Below are positions 53,111-64,000 of a stretch of DNA of 64,000 bases, one piece after another. The notes under the pieces were generated by a model. It was given only the letters and a program-made list of their open reading frames with translations. It was not told the DNA's origin and searched no databases. Location of the stretch: the NCBI GenBank assembly GCA_963765765.1, contig CAVXYC010000014.1, positions 224,001-288,000 of the forward strand, written 5' to 3'. Made by a program: the position numbers and the translations under genes. The stretch is from an uncultured Chloroflexia bacterium (GTDB taxonomy: Bacteria > Chloroflexota > UBA6077 > JACCZL01). Position 1 is the first letter of the stretch. Each line of letters starts with the position of its first letter.

Positions 53111-53854
53111 GTGATTCCGTGGCTACTGACACTCGCCGTGGCGCCGGCAATTTTCTGGATGTGGTGGTTCTATCGTAAAGACCGCTTCGATCCTGAGCCC
53201 CGCGGACTGGTACTCAAGATCTTCCTGCTCGGCATGCTTCCTGTGCTCCCCGCGGGGGTCCTGGAAGTCGTGCTCTTCAATATGGTGCCGGCGCTCACGG
53301 GAGCCAGCCTCCTGGCGATTGCCGCCGGCAACATGTTAGTGGTCGGTCCGATCGAGGAATATGGAAAGTATCTCGTCGTGAAGCGATGGGCGACTCGACA
53401 CGCGGCCTTTAACGAGCCGCTGGATGGCATTGTCTACGCCGCCGCCGCCGCGCTGGGTTTCGCGGCACTGGAGAACTTCTTCTACCTACTGGACAACGGC
53501 GCCTGGCTCATTCTCTTACGCGGACCGCTTTCTACGCTGCACCATGTGCTCTTCTCGGCGTTGTGGGGATACGCGCTGGGCATGGCCAGCATTCAGACGG
53601 ACCCACACGAGGCCAGCAAACTCGTTCGAAACGGGCTCATCATGGGCTCGCTGGGGCACGGACTCTCGAATACGCTTCTGCTGGCTGGACAGTCGGAGAG
53701 CACACTCGTATGGGGACCGCTGCTGGCAATTCTATTCGCCGTATTCCTTTATCGTCAGGTGGCAAAGAACATAGCCACATCGCTCGCCAACTCGCCGCTA
53801 GAGCTCACGGCGAAGCCCGGCCATCTGAAGAACACCGGCTCCGCGAATCCCTAG
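53111..53854 (+). CDS. PrsW family intramembrane metalloprotease
   Basis: DRFDPEP, EEYGK, DGIVY...LGFAALEN, H motifs. Confidence 0.88.
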   Translation: MIPWLLTLAVAPAIFWMWWFYRKDRFDPEPRGLVLKIFLLGMLPVLPAGVLEVVLFNMVPALTGASLLAIAAGNMLVVGPIEEYGKYLVVKRWATRHAAFNEPLDGIVYAAAAALGFAALENFFYLLDNGAWLILLRGPLSTLHHVLFSALWGYALGMASIQTDPHEASKLVRNGLIMGSLGHGLSNTLLLAGQSESTLVWGPLLAILFAVFLYRQVAKNIATSLANSPLELTAKPGHLKNTGSANP

Positions 53855-53982
53855 CATCGCATCGCCGCGGCTCGACAGACCTCGTTTGTGAGATAAGCAT
53901 CTCTGTCTGTTGAGTGGCCAACTCGCCCCTCATGCCTATTTCGCCGCCACAAGCACCCTCGGCCTGTTTCCGTCCGCAGCGC

Positions 53983-55030
53983 CTAGCTCGCGAGAATTCG
54001 CTTGTAGACCTGGACGTATTGGCGAGCCATCTCCTCAACCGAGAAATGGTCTTCCACATGTCGCCGGGAGACGGAAGGATCCACTGAGCTAAGCTTGCGT
54101 ACGGCGGCCACCATTCCGTCCTCATCCTCGCACAAGAAGCCCGTCTCGCCGTCCACAATAACCTCAGGAGCAGCGCCTCGTCGGAGCGCAATGACCGGAG
54201 TGCCACACGCCATGGACTCAGTCATCACCAGCCCAAACGGCTCCTCCCACTGACTGCTGAACAGCGTGCCCCGGGCACGTGCATAAAGCTGGAATTTCTC
54301 GGCCGGTGTGATCTCTCCCAGCAGCGTGACGTCCGCGCCCTTGGCTAGCCAGGGGTCCACGTGCTCATGAAAATACTCTTGCTCATGATGCTCAGTCATC
54401 TTCACGGCCATGACCAGTCGCATGCCGGCCCGTCCCGCCACGCGGACAGCCAGATCAAGTCCCTTTTCCCAGTTTGCCCGGCCAATGAAGAAGAGGTAGT
54501 CCTCCTTCTCTTCCGCTCGGCCGAAGGGCATGGAACGAGCGTCGAGTCCGTTGAGCACCGTCCCCGCGAACTGCACCCCTTGCGCCTCGAAGAGCTCACG
54601 TTGGCGGGCGCTAATGGCCACAAGGCCTCCACGACCGCCCTCCAACATACGCTTTGCTCTGGCCACCGCCTCTGGCACGGCCGGACCGTGAATGGTGTAC
54701 GCGGATTTGGGAACCGGCAACTCAGTCTTCGATGAGGTCCGTGTGATCATGGATGATGTCAACGCCTTCGAGGAATGCCCTCGCGTAAGCGTAGCGTGAG
54801 ATCGACTGGACCAGTGGACGCGAGACTTCCGTCGTCCAATCCTGTCCAATGTGGCGGTCAACGAGGGGAATGAGCCGTGCTGACGTAGTGGAATCCCCGG
54901 TGCCGAACAGCATGACATCATGCCCATTCCGCACGAGGCCCTCGGTGAGATCGTACATGACAAGCTCAATACCGCCGTAGCCTGATGGTGGAATTGGCAG
55001 CCAGGGCGGTGCTATCTGCGCGATCTTCAT
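53983..55030 (-). CDS. Glycosyltransferase family 4 (frameshift near 54730)
   Basis: MKIAQIAPPW..PPSGYGGIE; EKG, WEEPFGLVMTESMACGTPV. Confidence 0.9.
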
Positions 55031-55066
55031 TTTGTGCCTCGCGGATTGGAGCTAATTGTGAATAAC

Positions 55067-55537
55067 CTAGGCGCCGGAATCGGCAATCCCGCTATCTGCG
55101 AGTGCGGCGTTCAGCCTTCGAGCCGCCATGAGAACAATCTCCACCTCGTTGGCAAAAGCCAACCGTCCGAGCGCTTCGGACAACGGAAACCACGCGGCCT
55201 CATCATATTCGCCGTCGTGAAGTGACGTGTCGCCCCCGATCGCTTCCATAAGATAGAAGGCGACTGTCTTGAAATGTCTCTGGCCGTTTATGGCGAACCA
55301 ATACTGGATTTCATCCAGCGGGCAAACGAGCCGAACGAAGAGACCGGTCTCCTCTTGCGCCTCCCGTGTGGCCGCCTGTTCACGCGATTCCAGGTGGTTC
55401 GGCGTTCCTTTCGGAAGCTGCCACCGTTCCGGCGACCGCTGTCCAATCAGAGCAATTTCGATGCCGTCGGGGCGGCGTCGATAGACCACGCCGCCGGCAG
55501 AGAAATCATGAACCACCCTACCACCGCGCCTGGCCAT
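55067..55537 (-). CDS. NUDIX hydrolase (Ap4A hydrolase-like)
   Basis: SAGGVV, WQLPKG...REAQEETG. Confidence 0.88.
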   Translation of the reverse strand: MARRGGRVVHDFSAGGVVYRRRPDGIEIALIGQRSPERWQLPKGTPNHLESREQAATREAQEETGLFVRLVCPLDEIQYWFAINGQRHFKTVAFYLMEAIGGDTSLHDGEYDEAAWFPLSEALGRLAFANEVEIVLMAARRLNAALADSGIADSGA

Positions 55538-55690
55538 AGCTACACGTGCTCACAAGTAGGAGTATTGCGACATCGTAATGAGACTGCCTTGAAGATGGCC
55601 AGGTCATCTGCTACCATGGCCCAATCCTCAATGGGCCGGAAATGGCGTTCTGCGAGGTCCGAAACCCAGCATACCGAACGAGGGGGATGC

Positions 55691-56425
55691 ATGGCGGTCG
55701 CAGCCGAAAAGGCCATCCGCCTCGGGCACCCGAGCTACATCTGGCGGCGCGGCCAAGATCGTCGTCTCAATCTTATTCGTCAGTACGTAGCTCTCGAGGG
55801 TCGACGGATCCTCGATGTGGGTTGCGGCATCGGCATGTACGTCGAAAAATTTCGACGGTTCAGCACTGATGTGTACGGCGTGGACGTTGATGCTGAAAAG
55901 GTCGCTCAGGCGTCTCTCAACATGCCGAATATCAGCGAAGCCCCGGCTGAAGCGCTGCCTTTCGAAGACAATACTTTTGACGTCATCATGCTTCACGAGG
56001 TCATCGAGCATGTCGATGACGATCGGAGAGCGATCGAAGAAGCGGTCCGCTGCCTCAAGCCAGGCGGCCGGGTCATCATCTTCGCGCCCAATCGCCTCTA
56101 TCTCTTTGAGACGCACGGTTTCTATTTTTTGGGCCACTACTACTTCAAGCTGCTGCCGCTGGTGAACTACCTCCCGGATTGGCTACGCGATCTCTTCTGC
56201 CCCCACGTGCGCATTTATCGAGGGCGCGATATTCGCAAGCTCTTTGACCGCTTGCCCGTTGGCGTGCAGTTCTCCAGCTATATCTTTCCCGGGCTCGACA
56301 ACATCGCCGAACGGTACGGCTGGGTTGGACGGGCCGCGCAGAACATTGTGGACGTGATCGAAAGTACTCCGTTGCGCTGCTTCGGGATCTCGCACTTCGT
56401 GGTCTATCAAAAGAACGAAGCCTGA
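55691..56425 (+). CDS. Class I SAM-dependent methyltransferase
   Basis: ILDVGCGIG, LPFEDNTFD, VIEHV, LKPGG. Confidence 0.9.
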   Translation: MAVAAEKAIRLGHPSYIWRRGQDRRLNLIRQYVALEGRRILDVGCGIGMYVEKFRRFSTDVYGVDVDAEKVAQASLNMPNISEAPAEALPFEDNTFDVIMLHEVIEHVDDDRRAIEEAVRCLKPGGRVIIFAPNRLYLFETHGFYFLGHYYFKLLPLVNYLPDWLRDLFCPHVRIYRGRDIRKLFDRLPVGVQFSSYIFPGLDNIAERYGWVGRAAQNIVDVIESTPLRCFGISHFVVYQKNEA

Positions 56426-56578
56426 TCCGCGTTCCAACCTGGTTTCAAGAGTCCCGAGCGCACACGATGATGCTCTCGGGACTTCCCGCGTCTGTGGCTC
56501 AACGCGCTATGGGAGAACTACGATGACAAACTCACGAGGATACAGGCGGCGCGCAATCTCGACTCAGGCAGGGTATCG

Positions 56579-58273
56579 ATGAACGGTGCGCAGGCGTTCG
56601 TCGAAGCGCTGCGACGAAATGACACGAAGATCGTATTCGGCATCCCAGGCGTGCATACGTTGCCGCTCTACAACGCACTTTATGACGCGCCGGATATTCG
56701 CCCTGTCATACCGCACCATGAATCAGGTGCATCGTTCGCGGCTGACGGCTATGCACGCGTAACGGGTCGACCGGCGGTGTGCGTGTCGGTTCCGGGACCG
56801 GGCGCTACGAACATGTCCACGGGTGTTGGAGTCGCATACGCCGATTGCGTTCCGATGGTTGTGATCACCAGCCAGATTCCGCGCGAGCTGCTTGGACGCG
56901 CCGCTGTTCACGATTGCGATATTGAATCCATTTATCGCCCAATCGTGAAAGCCTGCGTGCGCGCGGAGTCGCCAGACGAGGTGGGGCCGGCCGTGGATCG
57001 CGCATTCGCTCTCGCCGTTGAAGGACGGCCGGGCCCAGTGCAGATCATGCTCTGGGTGGACGCCCTGAGTCGTGAGATGGACCACGTGGAATCCATTGAT
57101 ATCGAGCCTTCCGACTTACACGGAGACAGAGGGGATAAGGCCTCTGTGAGGCCACCGCTGACGCCAGAGTCACGGGCACGGGCTGAGGTCGCGGCGCACA
57201 TCATCAACCAATCACAGAATCTGGCCATCATCGTTGGTGACGGAGCGGTAGAGTCGGGCGCGCACACGCTCCTTCGAGATCTGGCTGAGCGACGCGGCGC
57301 TGTAATCGCCACGTCTATCTCCGCGCGGGGCGCAGTGCCCGAAGACGATCCAAGCTGTATGGGTCCGCTGAGCTGGGAGAGCGTCCCTCAGGTGCTTAGC
57401 ACCGCGGATGCCTGTCTGGCCGTTGGCACACGCTTTTCTGAAATCTCCACGCTTGCCTGGACCCTGGCCATTCCGCAGCCGCTCATACGAATCGACATCG
57501 ACTCTGAGCAGCTCCAGAAGAACTACCCGGCAGAAGTGCCCATTGCTGGGGACGCCTACGCGGTACTGGAATCGATTCTCTCACTGGTGGAGACCAGTGA
57601 GCAGCAAACCAGGATTCGCGCCGTTAATTCCGAGGTTCAGTCGAAACACGCTGCGAATCGCAAGACCGTTCTTGCGACGGGGAGCGAAGTGCCGCTCCAC
57701 CCACGCTGGGTGACCGCAACGATCCGCGACGTCATGCCCGACGATACCGTGTTTACCAGCGATGGAACGGCCACGCAATTCTGGCTCACCGAGCCCAGTT
57801 TCCCGATCCGTCGCGTCAACGGGTTTCTGGTGCCAGAGGTATCGCAGACGATGGGCTTCGGACTCGGAGCGTCCATCGGCGCGCGACTCGGCACCCAGAC
57901 CAATCCCGTGGTGTGCATCACTGGCGATGGTAGCCTGATGATGACCATCAGCGAATTCGCCACCGCGGTCGACATTCGTGCGCCGCTCATCGTGATCGTG
58001 TTCGACGATGCGCACTACAATGCCCTGCGCATCTACCAGGATGGTCTCTACGATGGACGTCTGATCGGCGTGAAGCTAAACAATCCCGACTTCGTTGCCC
58101 TGGCACGAGCGATGGGCGCCGAGGCGGTGCGAGTCTCCGAGCCCTGCGAGCTGGCACCAGCCCTTCGTTGGGCTCTGGGCAATGAGGGCGTCACCCTGGT
58201 GGACGTTGTCGTTGATCATCGTCCCATGCCCAGCCGATATGAGCGGCGCGTGCGCCAGATGCGTGAAGAGTGA
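56579..58273 (+). CDS. Thiamine pyrophosphate-binding protein (acetolactate synthase-like)
   Basis: FGIPGVH, HESGASFAADGYAR, PGPGATN, TGDGS. Confidence 0.92.
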   Translation: MNGAQAFVEALRRNDTKIVFGIPGVHTLPLYNALYDAPDIRPVIPHHESGASFAADGYARVTGRPAVCVSVPGPGATNMSTGVGVAYADCVPMVVITSQIPRELLGRAAVHDCDIESIYRPIVKACVRAESPDEVGPAVDRAFALAVEGRPGPVQIMLWVDALSREMDHVESIDIEPSDLHGDRGDKASVRPPLTPESRARAEVAAHIINQSQNLAIIVGDGAVESGAHTLLRDLAERRGAVIATSISARGAVPEDDPSCMGPLSWESVPQVLSTADACLAVGTRFSEISTLAWTLAIPQPLIRIDIDSEQLQKNYPAEVPIAGDAYAVLESILSLVETSEQQTRIRAVNSEVQSKHAANRKTVLATGSEVPLHPRWVTATIRDVMPDDTVFTSDGTATQFWLTEPSFPIRRVNGFLVPEVSQTMGFGLGASIGARLGTQTNPVVCITGDGSLMMTISEFATAVDIRAPLIVIVFDDAHYNALRIYQDGLYDGRLIGVKLNNPDFVALARAMGAEAVRVSEPCELAPALRWALGNEGVTLVDVVVDHRPMPSRYERRVRQMREE

Positions 58274-58288
58274 CGGTCATAACGGACG

Positions 58289-58786
58289 ATGTCGCTCTTC
58301 GCCCCAATTCCATCTGACTGGCACATGCCCGCAACCTTTCGCCGGTTCACTTGGATTGAGCCGGGATGTATCGGCGCATGCATTTACCCTCAATCAGATC
58401 TGGAGCTGGCCGAGCTCGCGGGACTTGGCGTGACATTGATCGTGAATTTACACGACCGTGCCCACGCTGAATCGTCTATCGGCCAGCATCAAATCGTTCA
58501 GCTTCATCTGCCCGTGCCCGATATGGCCGCACCCACGGTTGAGCAGCTGGAGCTGGGCGTCACCGCAATCGAATCGGCAATCGCCAACGGCGGCAAAGTC
58601 GTCGTGCATTGCGCCGTAGGACTCGGCCGCACTGGCACTCTCCTGTCCTGCTTGTACGTGAGCCGTGGACTTAACCCGGACGAAGCCATTGAGCACGTGA
58701 GGCAATTGCGGCCCGGCTCCGTGGAATCCGAAGTCCAGGTACGTGCGATCCATGAGTTTGCGCGAACTAGATCAGACAGCACATAG
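58289..58786 (+). CDS. Dual-specificity protein phosphatase family
   Basis: VPDMAAP, VHCAVGLGRTG (CX5R), RPGSVE. Confidence 0.9.
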   Translation: MSLFAPIPSDWHMPATFRRFTWIEPGCIGACIYPQSDLELAELAGLGVTLIVNLHDRAHAESSIGQHQIVQLHLPVPDMAAPTVEQLELGVTAIESAIANGGKVVVHCAVGLGRTGTLLSCLYVSRGLNPDEAIEHVRQLRPGSVESEVQVRAIHEFARTRSDST

Positions 58787-58868
58787 CGCCCCGTATATCG
58801 ACCTAACGAGGGCTGCACCACTAGGTGGAAGGAACGCCGATATAATGCGCTCAAGAGGCGGATCGATC

Positions 58869-59497
58869 ATGGCGATGCACAGTCGCGTCCAACTGCTCGC
58901 GGAGGATATCTGGGACACACCAGATGACGAGAATCGCTACGAGGTCATCGACGGCGAGCTCTACGCGACTCCACCGTCGAGTTGGGCGCATCAGCACGTC
59001 GTAAGTGAGCTGCTTACCATTCTCCGAACGTTTGCTAGTTATCACGGCCTTGGCGAAGTCTACGGCGCGCCGCTCGGCGTCGTTCTCGAGCGCACGTCCG
59101 GGTCCAACCCGACATCGTATTTATCAGCCCCCGTCGCGCGGAGATCATCTCGGATCGTGGGCTCGAAGGCGCTCCCGACCTCGCCGTAGAAGTGCTGTCG
59201 CCCAGCACGGCGAGCCGTGATCGTGGCATCAAGATGCGCCGATACGCGGCCTCTGGGATTGAGCACTATTGGATCATCGATCCCCGGTGTCGCACACTTC
59301 AAACATATGAGCTTCGTGCCCACGGCTATGAGCTGGCAGCTTCACTTGGGGAAAACGATATCTTTGAGCCGCCACTGTTCCCAGGACTATCTATCAGGCT
59401 CCCAGATCTCTGGCGCCAAGGTGTCGTTATAGCTGTACGCCGGTCACGGATGAGCGGGAGCCCAAGGGTACTCCATCCGGCCGCGGTCTCCGCATAG
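58869..59497 (+). CDS. Uma2 family endonuclease (frameshift near 59100)
   Basis: RYEVIDGEL, HQ; QPDI...PDLAVEVLSPST..RD..K...Y...YWIIDP. Confidence 0.88.
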
Positions 59498-59513
59498 CCC
59501 CGCCAGGGTTGAA

Positions 59514-60658
59514 TTAGCTGTCGTCCACCACCCGCCGGGCCACGATGAGCTTCTGGATCTCGCTGGTGCCCTCGTAGATGCGCGTGATCCGAGCATCGCG
59601 ATAGAAACGCTCTACGGCCATCTCTTTCATGTAGCCCATGCCGCCGTGGACCTGGACGGCCTTATCCACGACTCGCGCGAAGGCTTCTGAAACGAATAGC
59701 TTCGCCATGGCAGCTTCTTTGATGATGTTCTGGCCCTGATCGCTCATCCAGGCCACCTGGCGGGTCATAGCACGAGAGGCAAAGATCTCCGTCGCCATCT
59801 CAGCTAGATATGCCTGGATCATCTGATGCTCAGAGATGGGCTTGCCCATGGTGACGCGCTGCTTTGCATAGCTGACCGACTCCTCGAGACACCGCTCCAT
59901 TCCACCGACGCAGCGGGAGGCCAACGTGGATCGACCTTTGGTAAGAATCTTGAGCGCGGCAACGTAGCCACTGCCCTCGGCGCCCAGCAGGTTTTCCGCC
60001 GGCACCTCACAGTCGGTGAAGAAAACTGGCGCCGTATGTGAGCCGCGCAGCCCCATCTTCTTTTCAGGGCTCCCGACACGCAGACCGGGAAACTCACGCT
60101 CCACAATGAAGGCGGAGATGCCGCGCGCGCCCTTGGATTTGTCCGTCGCGGCGAACACGGTGAAGATGTCCGCATCGGGCGCGTTAGTGATGAAACACTT
60201 CTGGCCGTTGAGGATGTAGCGATCCCCTTGCCGCTCAGCCACCGTCTCGATCTGAGCGGCATCCGATCCCGCCTGCGGCTCGGTGAGCGCAAAACAGGCC
60301 AGCCGCTCGCCCACCGCCATCGGGGGCAGGTATCGGCTCTTCTGCTCATCGGTGCCCAGCTCCACAATGCCCGTGGTGCCGATGCCGGCGTGGGCCCCAA
60401 TGACGGTGCAGAACCCATGACTACCGCGCCCCAGCTCCTCGTAGATGAGCGATTGGCCAACGACACCCTGTCCCAGTCCGCCGTACTCTTCTGGAATCCG
60501 AATTCCGAAAAGTCCGAGCGCCTTGGCATCATCAAGTACCGCCGGGGCACCTCATCCTGCTCATCGATCTCGCGCTCAATGGGCATCACACGACCATTCA
60601 CGAAGTCGCGCGTGGCCCCCATCATTGCCCGGAGCTCATCCGGAATCGTGTAGTCCAT
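59514..60658 (-). CDS. Acyl-CoA dehydrogenase (frameshift near 60545)
   Basis: IPEEYGG, FALTEPQAGSD, GQKCFITN, QVHGGMGY, RIYEGTSEIQ. Confidence 0.92.
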
Positions 60659-60683
60659 GTGTTTCCTCCGAGTTCCTGACAGT

Positions 60684-60799
60684 CGGCGCGAAGCGCTTTG
60701 GAGTGCGTGTGCGGAGCGCCGCGTTCTGAGTTACTCAGCCGGTGCCAGCGAGCAATAGAATCGGCGCTCCGCGCACACACTCCAAAGCGCTTCGCGCCG
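60684..60799. repeat. 116-bp inverted repeat element (TTTGGAGTGCG type)
   Basis: 38-bp arms with 2 mismatches; inner ctgag-tta-ctcag hairpin. Confidence 0.9.
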
Positions 60800-60809
60800 T
60801 CATTGTTTC

Positions 60810-61595
60810 CTACCAGATCGTTGTCCCACCATCCACGGCGATCGCCTGGCCCGTGATGTACGACGAGGCGGGGCTGGCGAGAAAGACGGCTACACCCTTT
60901 AGCTCGCCCGGTCGCCCAACCCGTTGTAGCGGTGATCCCTCAGCGATCTGCTCGCCCCGCTCCGCAAGGACGCCCTTCGTCATGCGAGTGGGAAAGTAGC
61001 CGGGGCAAATGGCGTTCACCAGAATGTTGTGCCCAGCCATGTGTGACGCCAATGTCCGCGTGAGCCCGATGAGGCCAGCCTTGCTGGCGCTGTATCCGAT
61101 CGCACTCAATCGCTGCGGCGATTCACCCTTCAGGCCGGCGATGGACGCGATGTTGATGATCCGTCCGCCTTCACCCTGCTCCACCAGGAATTTACAGACT
61201 TCCTGGGAAAGGATCCATGCGCCCGTCAAATTTATCTCGAGCACATATTGCCAGCGGTCCAAGGGCATCTCCAATGTAGGCGCTCCCCAGGAAACGCCCG
61301 CGCCATTCACCAGAATGTCAATCCGGCCGAATCGCTCACGGACATTCGCGAGGAGGCGTTGAGCCGCTTCAGGATCGGTCACCGAGCCCTGAAATGCGAG
61401 CGCTTGAATGCCTATGGATTTGAGATGGTCAGTGGCCTCTTGCAAATCGGGCTCACGCCGCGCCGTGATACAGACTGAAGCGCCTGCTTCTCCCAGTCCT
61501 TCGGCCATCTCCAGGCCAAGCCCGCGCGAGCCACCGGTGACGATGGCCACGCGGCCGGTCAGATCAAACAGCTCAGAGAGGCGGGGTAGATCCAT
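60810..61595 (-). CDS. SDR oxidoreductase (gluconate 5-dehydrogenase-like)
   Basis: LFDLTGRVAIVTGGSRGLG, YSASK, CPGYFPT. Confidence 0.92.
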   Translation of the reverse strand: MDLPRLSELFDLTGRVAIVTGGSRGLGLEMAEGLGEAGASVCITARREPDLQEATDHLKSIGIQALAFQGSVTDPEAAQRLLANVRERFGRIDILVNGAGVSWGAPTLEMPLDRWQYVLEINLTGAWILSQEVCKFLVEQGEGGRIINIASIAGLKGESPQRLSAIGYSASKAGLIGLTRTLASHMAGHNILVNAICPGYFPTRMTKGVLAERGEQIAEGSPLQRVGRPGELKGVAVFLASPASSYITGQAIAVDGGTTIW

Positions 61596-61627
61596 GTGCA
61601 TTCCTCAGTGTGCGCTTTGTGCGCCGC

Positions 61628-62426
61628 CTAACCTTTAGCAACCGAAATGTCTGGTAGGTCGGCGCATCCTTGCTCGTAGCAGTCCACAATGACCTTGACC
61701 ACCTCATCTGGATCGTCCGTGCAGAGGATGAGCTCGAGGTCCTCCTTCGAGATCTTTCCGCCGGCCAGCGTTGCATCGCTGATCCAGTCGATCAGCCCCT
61801 TCCAGTAGTCCTTGCCAACCAGGATGACGGGAAAGTGATGCAGCTTCTTCGTCTGAATGAGGGTGAGGGCCTCGAACAGCTCATCGAGTGTGCCGAATCC
61901 ACCTGGAAAGATGACAAACGCTTCAGCGTACTTTACGAACATCGTCTTGCGAACGAAGAAGTATCGAAAGTTGACCGTGATGTCCACGTACGGGTTGACC
62001 ATCTGCTCGTGCGGCAGCTCGATGGCACATCCGATCGACTTCACGCCCGCCTTACGCGCGCCGAGATTGCCAGCTTCCATGATCCCCGGCCCGCCACCCG
62101 TGATGATGGAAAAGCCCGCGCGACCAAGTCGTTCGGCAATGGTGACCGCCAACGCGTATTGAGGGTCGATTTTGAGGAGTGCGCGCCGAGCCGAACAGCG
62201 TCACCGACGGTCCCACATTTGCCAGGGCATCGAACCCGGCCACGAACTCGCCCTGAATCCGTAGAACGCGCCAGGGATCGCTGTTCAAGTGCGCCGCGTC
62301 CGAGTCACTCCGCACCAGGAGCTGCTCATCCTGAGTCCGCTCACCCGAGCGGGCAGCGGTATTGAGGGAGACGTTCGGCAGCGGAGCGCCGTTACGTTGG
62401 GAGACGAATTGATTTCGTGATGGCAT
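61628..62426 (-). CDS. LOG family / TIGR00730 Rossmann-fold protein (frameshift near 62170)
   Basis: WRVLRIQGEF, FGSAR; TGGGPGIMEA, FFVRK, PGGFGTLDE. Confidence 0.9.
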
Positions 62427-62522
62427 GGTTGCGTACCTCAGAAAACGGGGAAACCGGTTGCTCGAGAGCTTTGAACCTCTCGAGCCTGGAGGAGATCCAA
62501 GGCACGCTTCGCGCCAATGCCA

Positions 62523-63284
62523 TCATCCGCGCGGACCTCCCGCGGCGTAAATCGTCTGGCCAGTGACGAAGCTGGATTCATCAGACACCAGAAACGCGAT
62601 CACATTGGCAATGTCGATCGGCTGGCCAACCCTGCGCAACGGCGTAGCAGCTGCGCGATCCGTCTTCATTTGCTCAAAGTCCACGCCCATGCGCTCTGCC
62701 GTTGCCTGAGTCATCCGCGTCTCCACAAATCCAGGTGCAACGGCGTTGACATTGATGTTGAATGGGCCCAGCTCAATCGAGAGCGTACGTGCCATGCCCT
62801 GCAGGCCCATCTTGGCGGTGCTGTAGTTGGTTTGCCCACGATTGCCAAGCGCCGAGGTGGACGAAAGGAACACGATCTTCCCATAGCGTTGCTCCACCAT
62901 GTGCTTCTGCGCCGCCTGGGAGGCGAGAAAGGTTCCGCGAAGGTGGGTATTGATGACGCCATCCCAGTCCTCGTCGCTCATACGGAAGAGCAGGTTGTCA
63001 CGCGTCACACCGGCACAGGCAACGAGAATATCGAGCCGACTAAATTCGCTCACAGCGCGCTCAACGGCGGCTTCCACCGATGGACGTGCCGTGACGTCAC
63101 ACTGCTGCGCGGCGGCTCTACCACCGCGAGAACGAATCTGCCCAGCGGTTTCTTCCGCGGGCGCGAGGTCCATGTCTGCGATGAGAATGGCAGCACCCTG
63201 TTCCGCGAGTAGCTGGCCCGTTGCCGCGCCAATGCCACGCCCACCACCCGTAATGAGCGCTACGCGCCCGTCAAATCGTGCCAT
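62523..63284 (-). CDS. 3-oxoacyl-ACP reductase-like SDR
   Basis: TGGGRGIG, AGVTRDNL, GQTNYSTAK. Confidence 0.9.
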   Translation of the reverse strand: MARFDGRVALITGGGRGIGAATGQLLAEQGAAILIADMDLAPAEETAGQIRSRGGRAAAQQCDVTARPSVEAAVERAVSEFSRLDILVACAGVTRDNLLFRMSDEDWDGVINTHLRGTFLASQAAQKHMVEQRYGKIVFLSSTSALGNRGQTNYSTAKMGLQGMARTLSIELGPFNINVNAVAPGFVETRMTQATAERMGVDFEQMKTDRAAATPLRRVGQPIDIANVIAFLVSDESSFVTGQTIYAAGGPRG

Positions 63285-63298
63285 GACCTTCTCCCAAC

Positions 63299-64000
63299 CT
63301 AGCCATCGCTGAGCCGAGGACGTACGTCCTCGGCAAACTGCCGCATGCCGTCAAGAATCGATTCGCGAGTATTTTCACTAAAGTCGGCCACCAGGTGATC
63401 GAGGCCGGCGGCCTGATATGCCTGGAGCTGTTCAACGATCCGGTCTGCGGAGCCGCTCAGCACTGCTCGAACCGTGCCCTGTCGACTCACATCATTGGGT
63501 ACTTCTTTGCCCATCACGATCCGGATTCGGAGCGACCCGGTGATCCTGCGACCATCGGCAAGAGACCGAATGGTGCTCATGCCACGAGCGTAGTCCTCAA
63601 CGGTCGCGGCCACCGGGTGCCAGCCATCCGCGAGCGTCGCTGCGCGACGCATCGCTGCCATGCTCGGCCCTCCGATCCAGATGGGCGGACCGCCGGGCTG
63701 TACAGGCTTTGGCCCGAAGAGAACGTCGCCAAACCGAGTGAATTCGCCATCAAATCGAGGATCGTCCTGAGCCCAGAGAGTTTTCAGCACCCCAATGGCT
63801 TCATTGAGTCGCTTGCCCCGATTTCCAAACTCCGCGCTGAGCGCATCGAACTCGGATTCATTCCAGCCAGCGCCTACGCCCAGGATGACGCGCCCGCCGG
63901 AGAGAACGTCCAGGGAGGCGACTTCCTTGGCGATGAGCACGGGGTTCCGCATTGGAAATACAAGCACTGAGACCCCAAGCTTCACTCGGCGCGCGATGGA
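63299..64000 (-). CDS. LLM class F420-dependent oxidoreductase (partial, starts beyond window)
   Basis: KLGVSVL, AKEVASLDVLSGGR, PKPVQPGGPPIWIGG. Confidence 0.9.
   Translation of the reverse strand, partial: SIARRVKLGVSVLVFPMRNPVLIAKEVASLDVLSGGRVILGVGAGWNESEFDALSAEFGNRGKRLNEAIGVLKTLWAQDDPRFDGEFTRFGDVLFGPKPVQPGGPPIWIGGPSMAAMRRAATLADGWHPVAATVEDYARGMSTIRSLADGRRITGSLRIRIVMGKEVPNDVSRQGTVRAVLSGSADRIVEQLQAYQAAGLDHLVADFSENTRESILDGMRQFAEDVRPRLSDG

Noticed and set aside
58869-59497. Uma2 nuclease as a defence system
   Set aside because: Solitary gene of a commonly multicopy family; no partner or methyltransferase adjacent

Overview
GC-rich bacterial chromosomal window, most consistent with Chloroflexota (inferred from the LexA box type, lipoprotein TctC, many LLM/SDR/Rieske genes and clpB). 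It holds about 60 CDS: organic-compound catabolism, cell-surface glycosylation, housekeeping genes (greA, holA, lexA, fdhD, clpB, speB), a YqjD/E/K-like stress operon and a CheB-CheB-CheR-PAS kinase cluster with no chemoreceptor. I saw no rRNA, tRNA, CRISPR array or intact transposase. At least 14 genes carry single-base frameshifts, which suggests unpolished long-read assembly rather than mass pseudogenisation. Top observations: (1) a hidden UGA-containing glutaredoxin-PDZ fusion (UPWC motif plus SECIS-like hairpin) directly upstream of clpB; (2) a GIY-YIG nuclease gene bracketed by two ~120-bp TGTCAT-tagged inverted-repeat elements, with relatives 18 and 23 kb away; (3) other miniature palindromic repeat families, one captured into a protein C-terminus; (4) a terminator-containing greA leader; (5) a small McsA-like zinc-ribbon ORF with a 22-bp-period direct repeat upstream. 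All family assignments are by eye from motifs; no searches were run.
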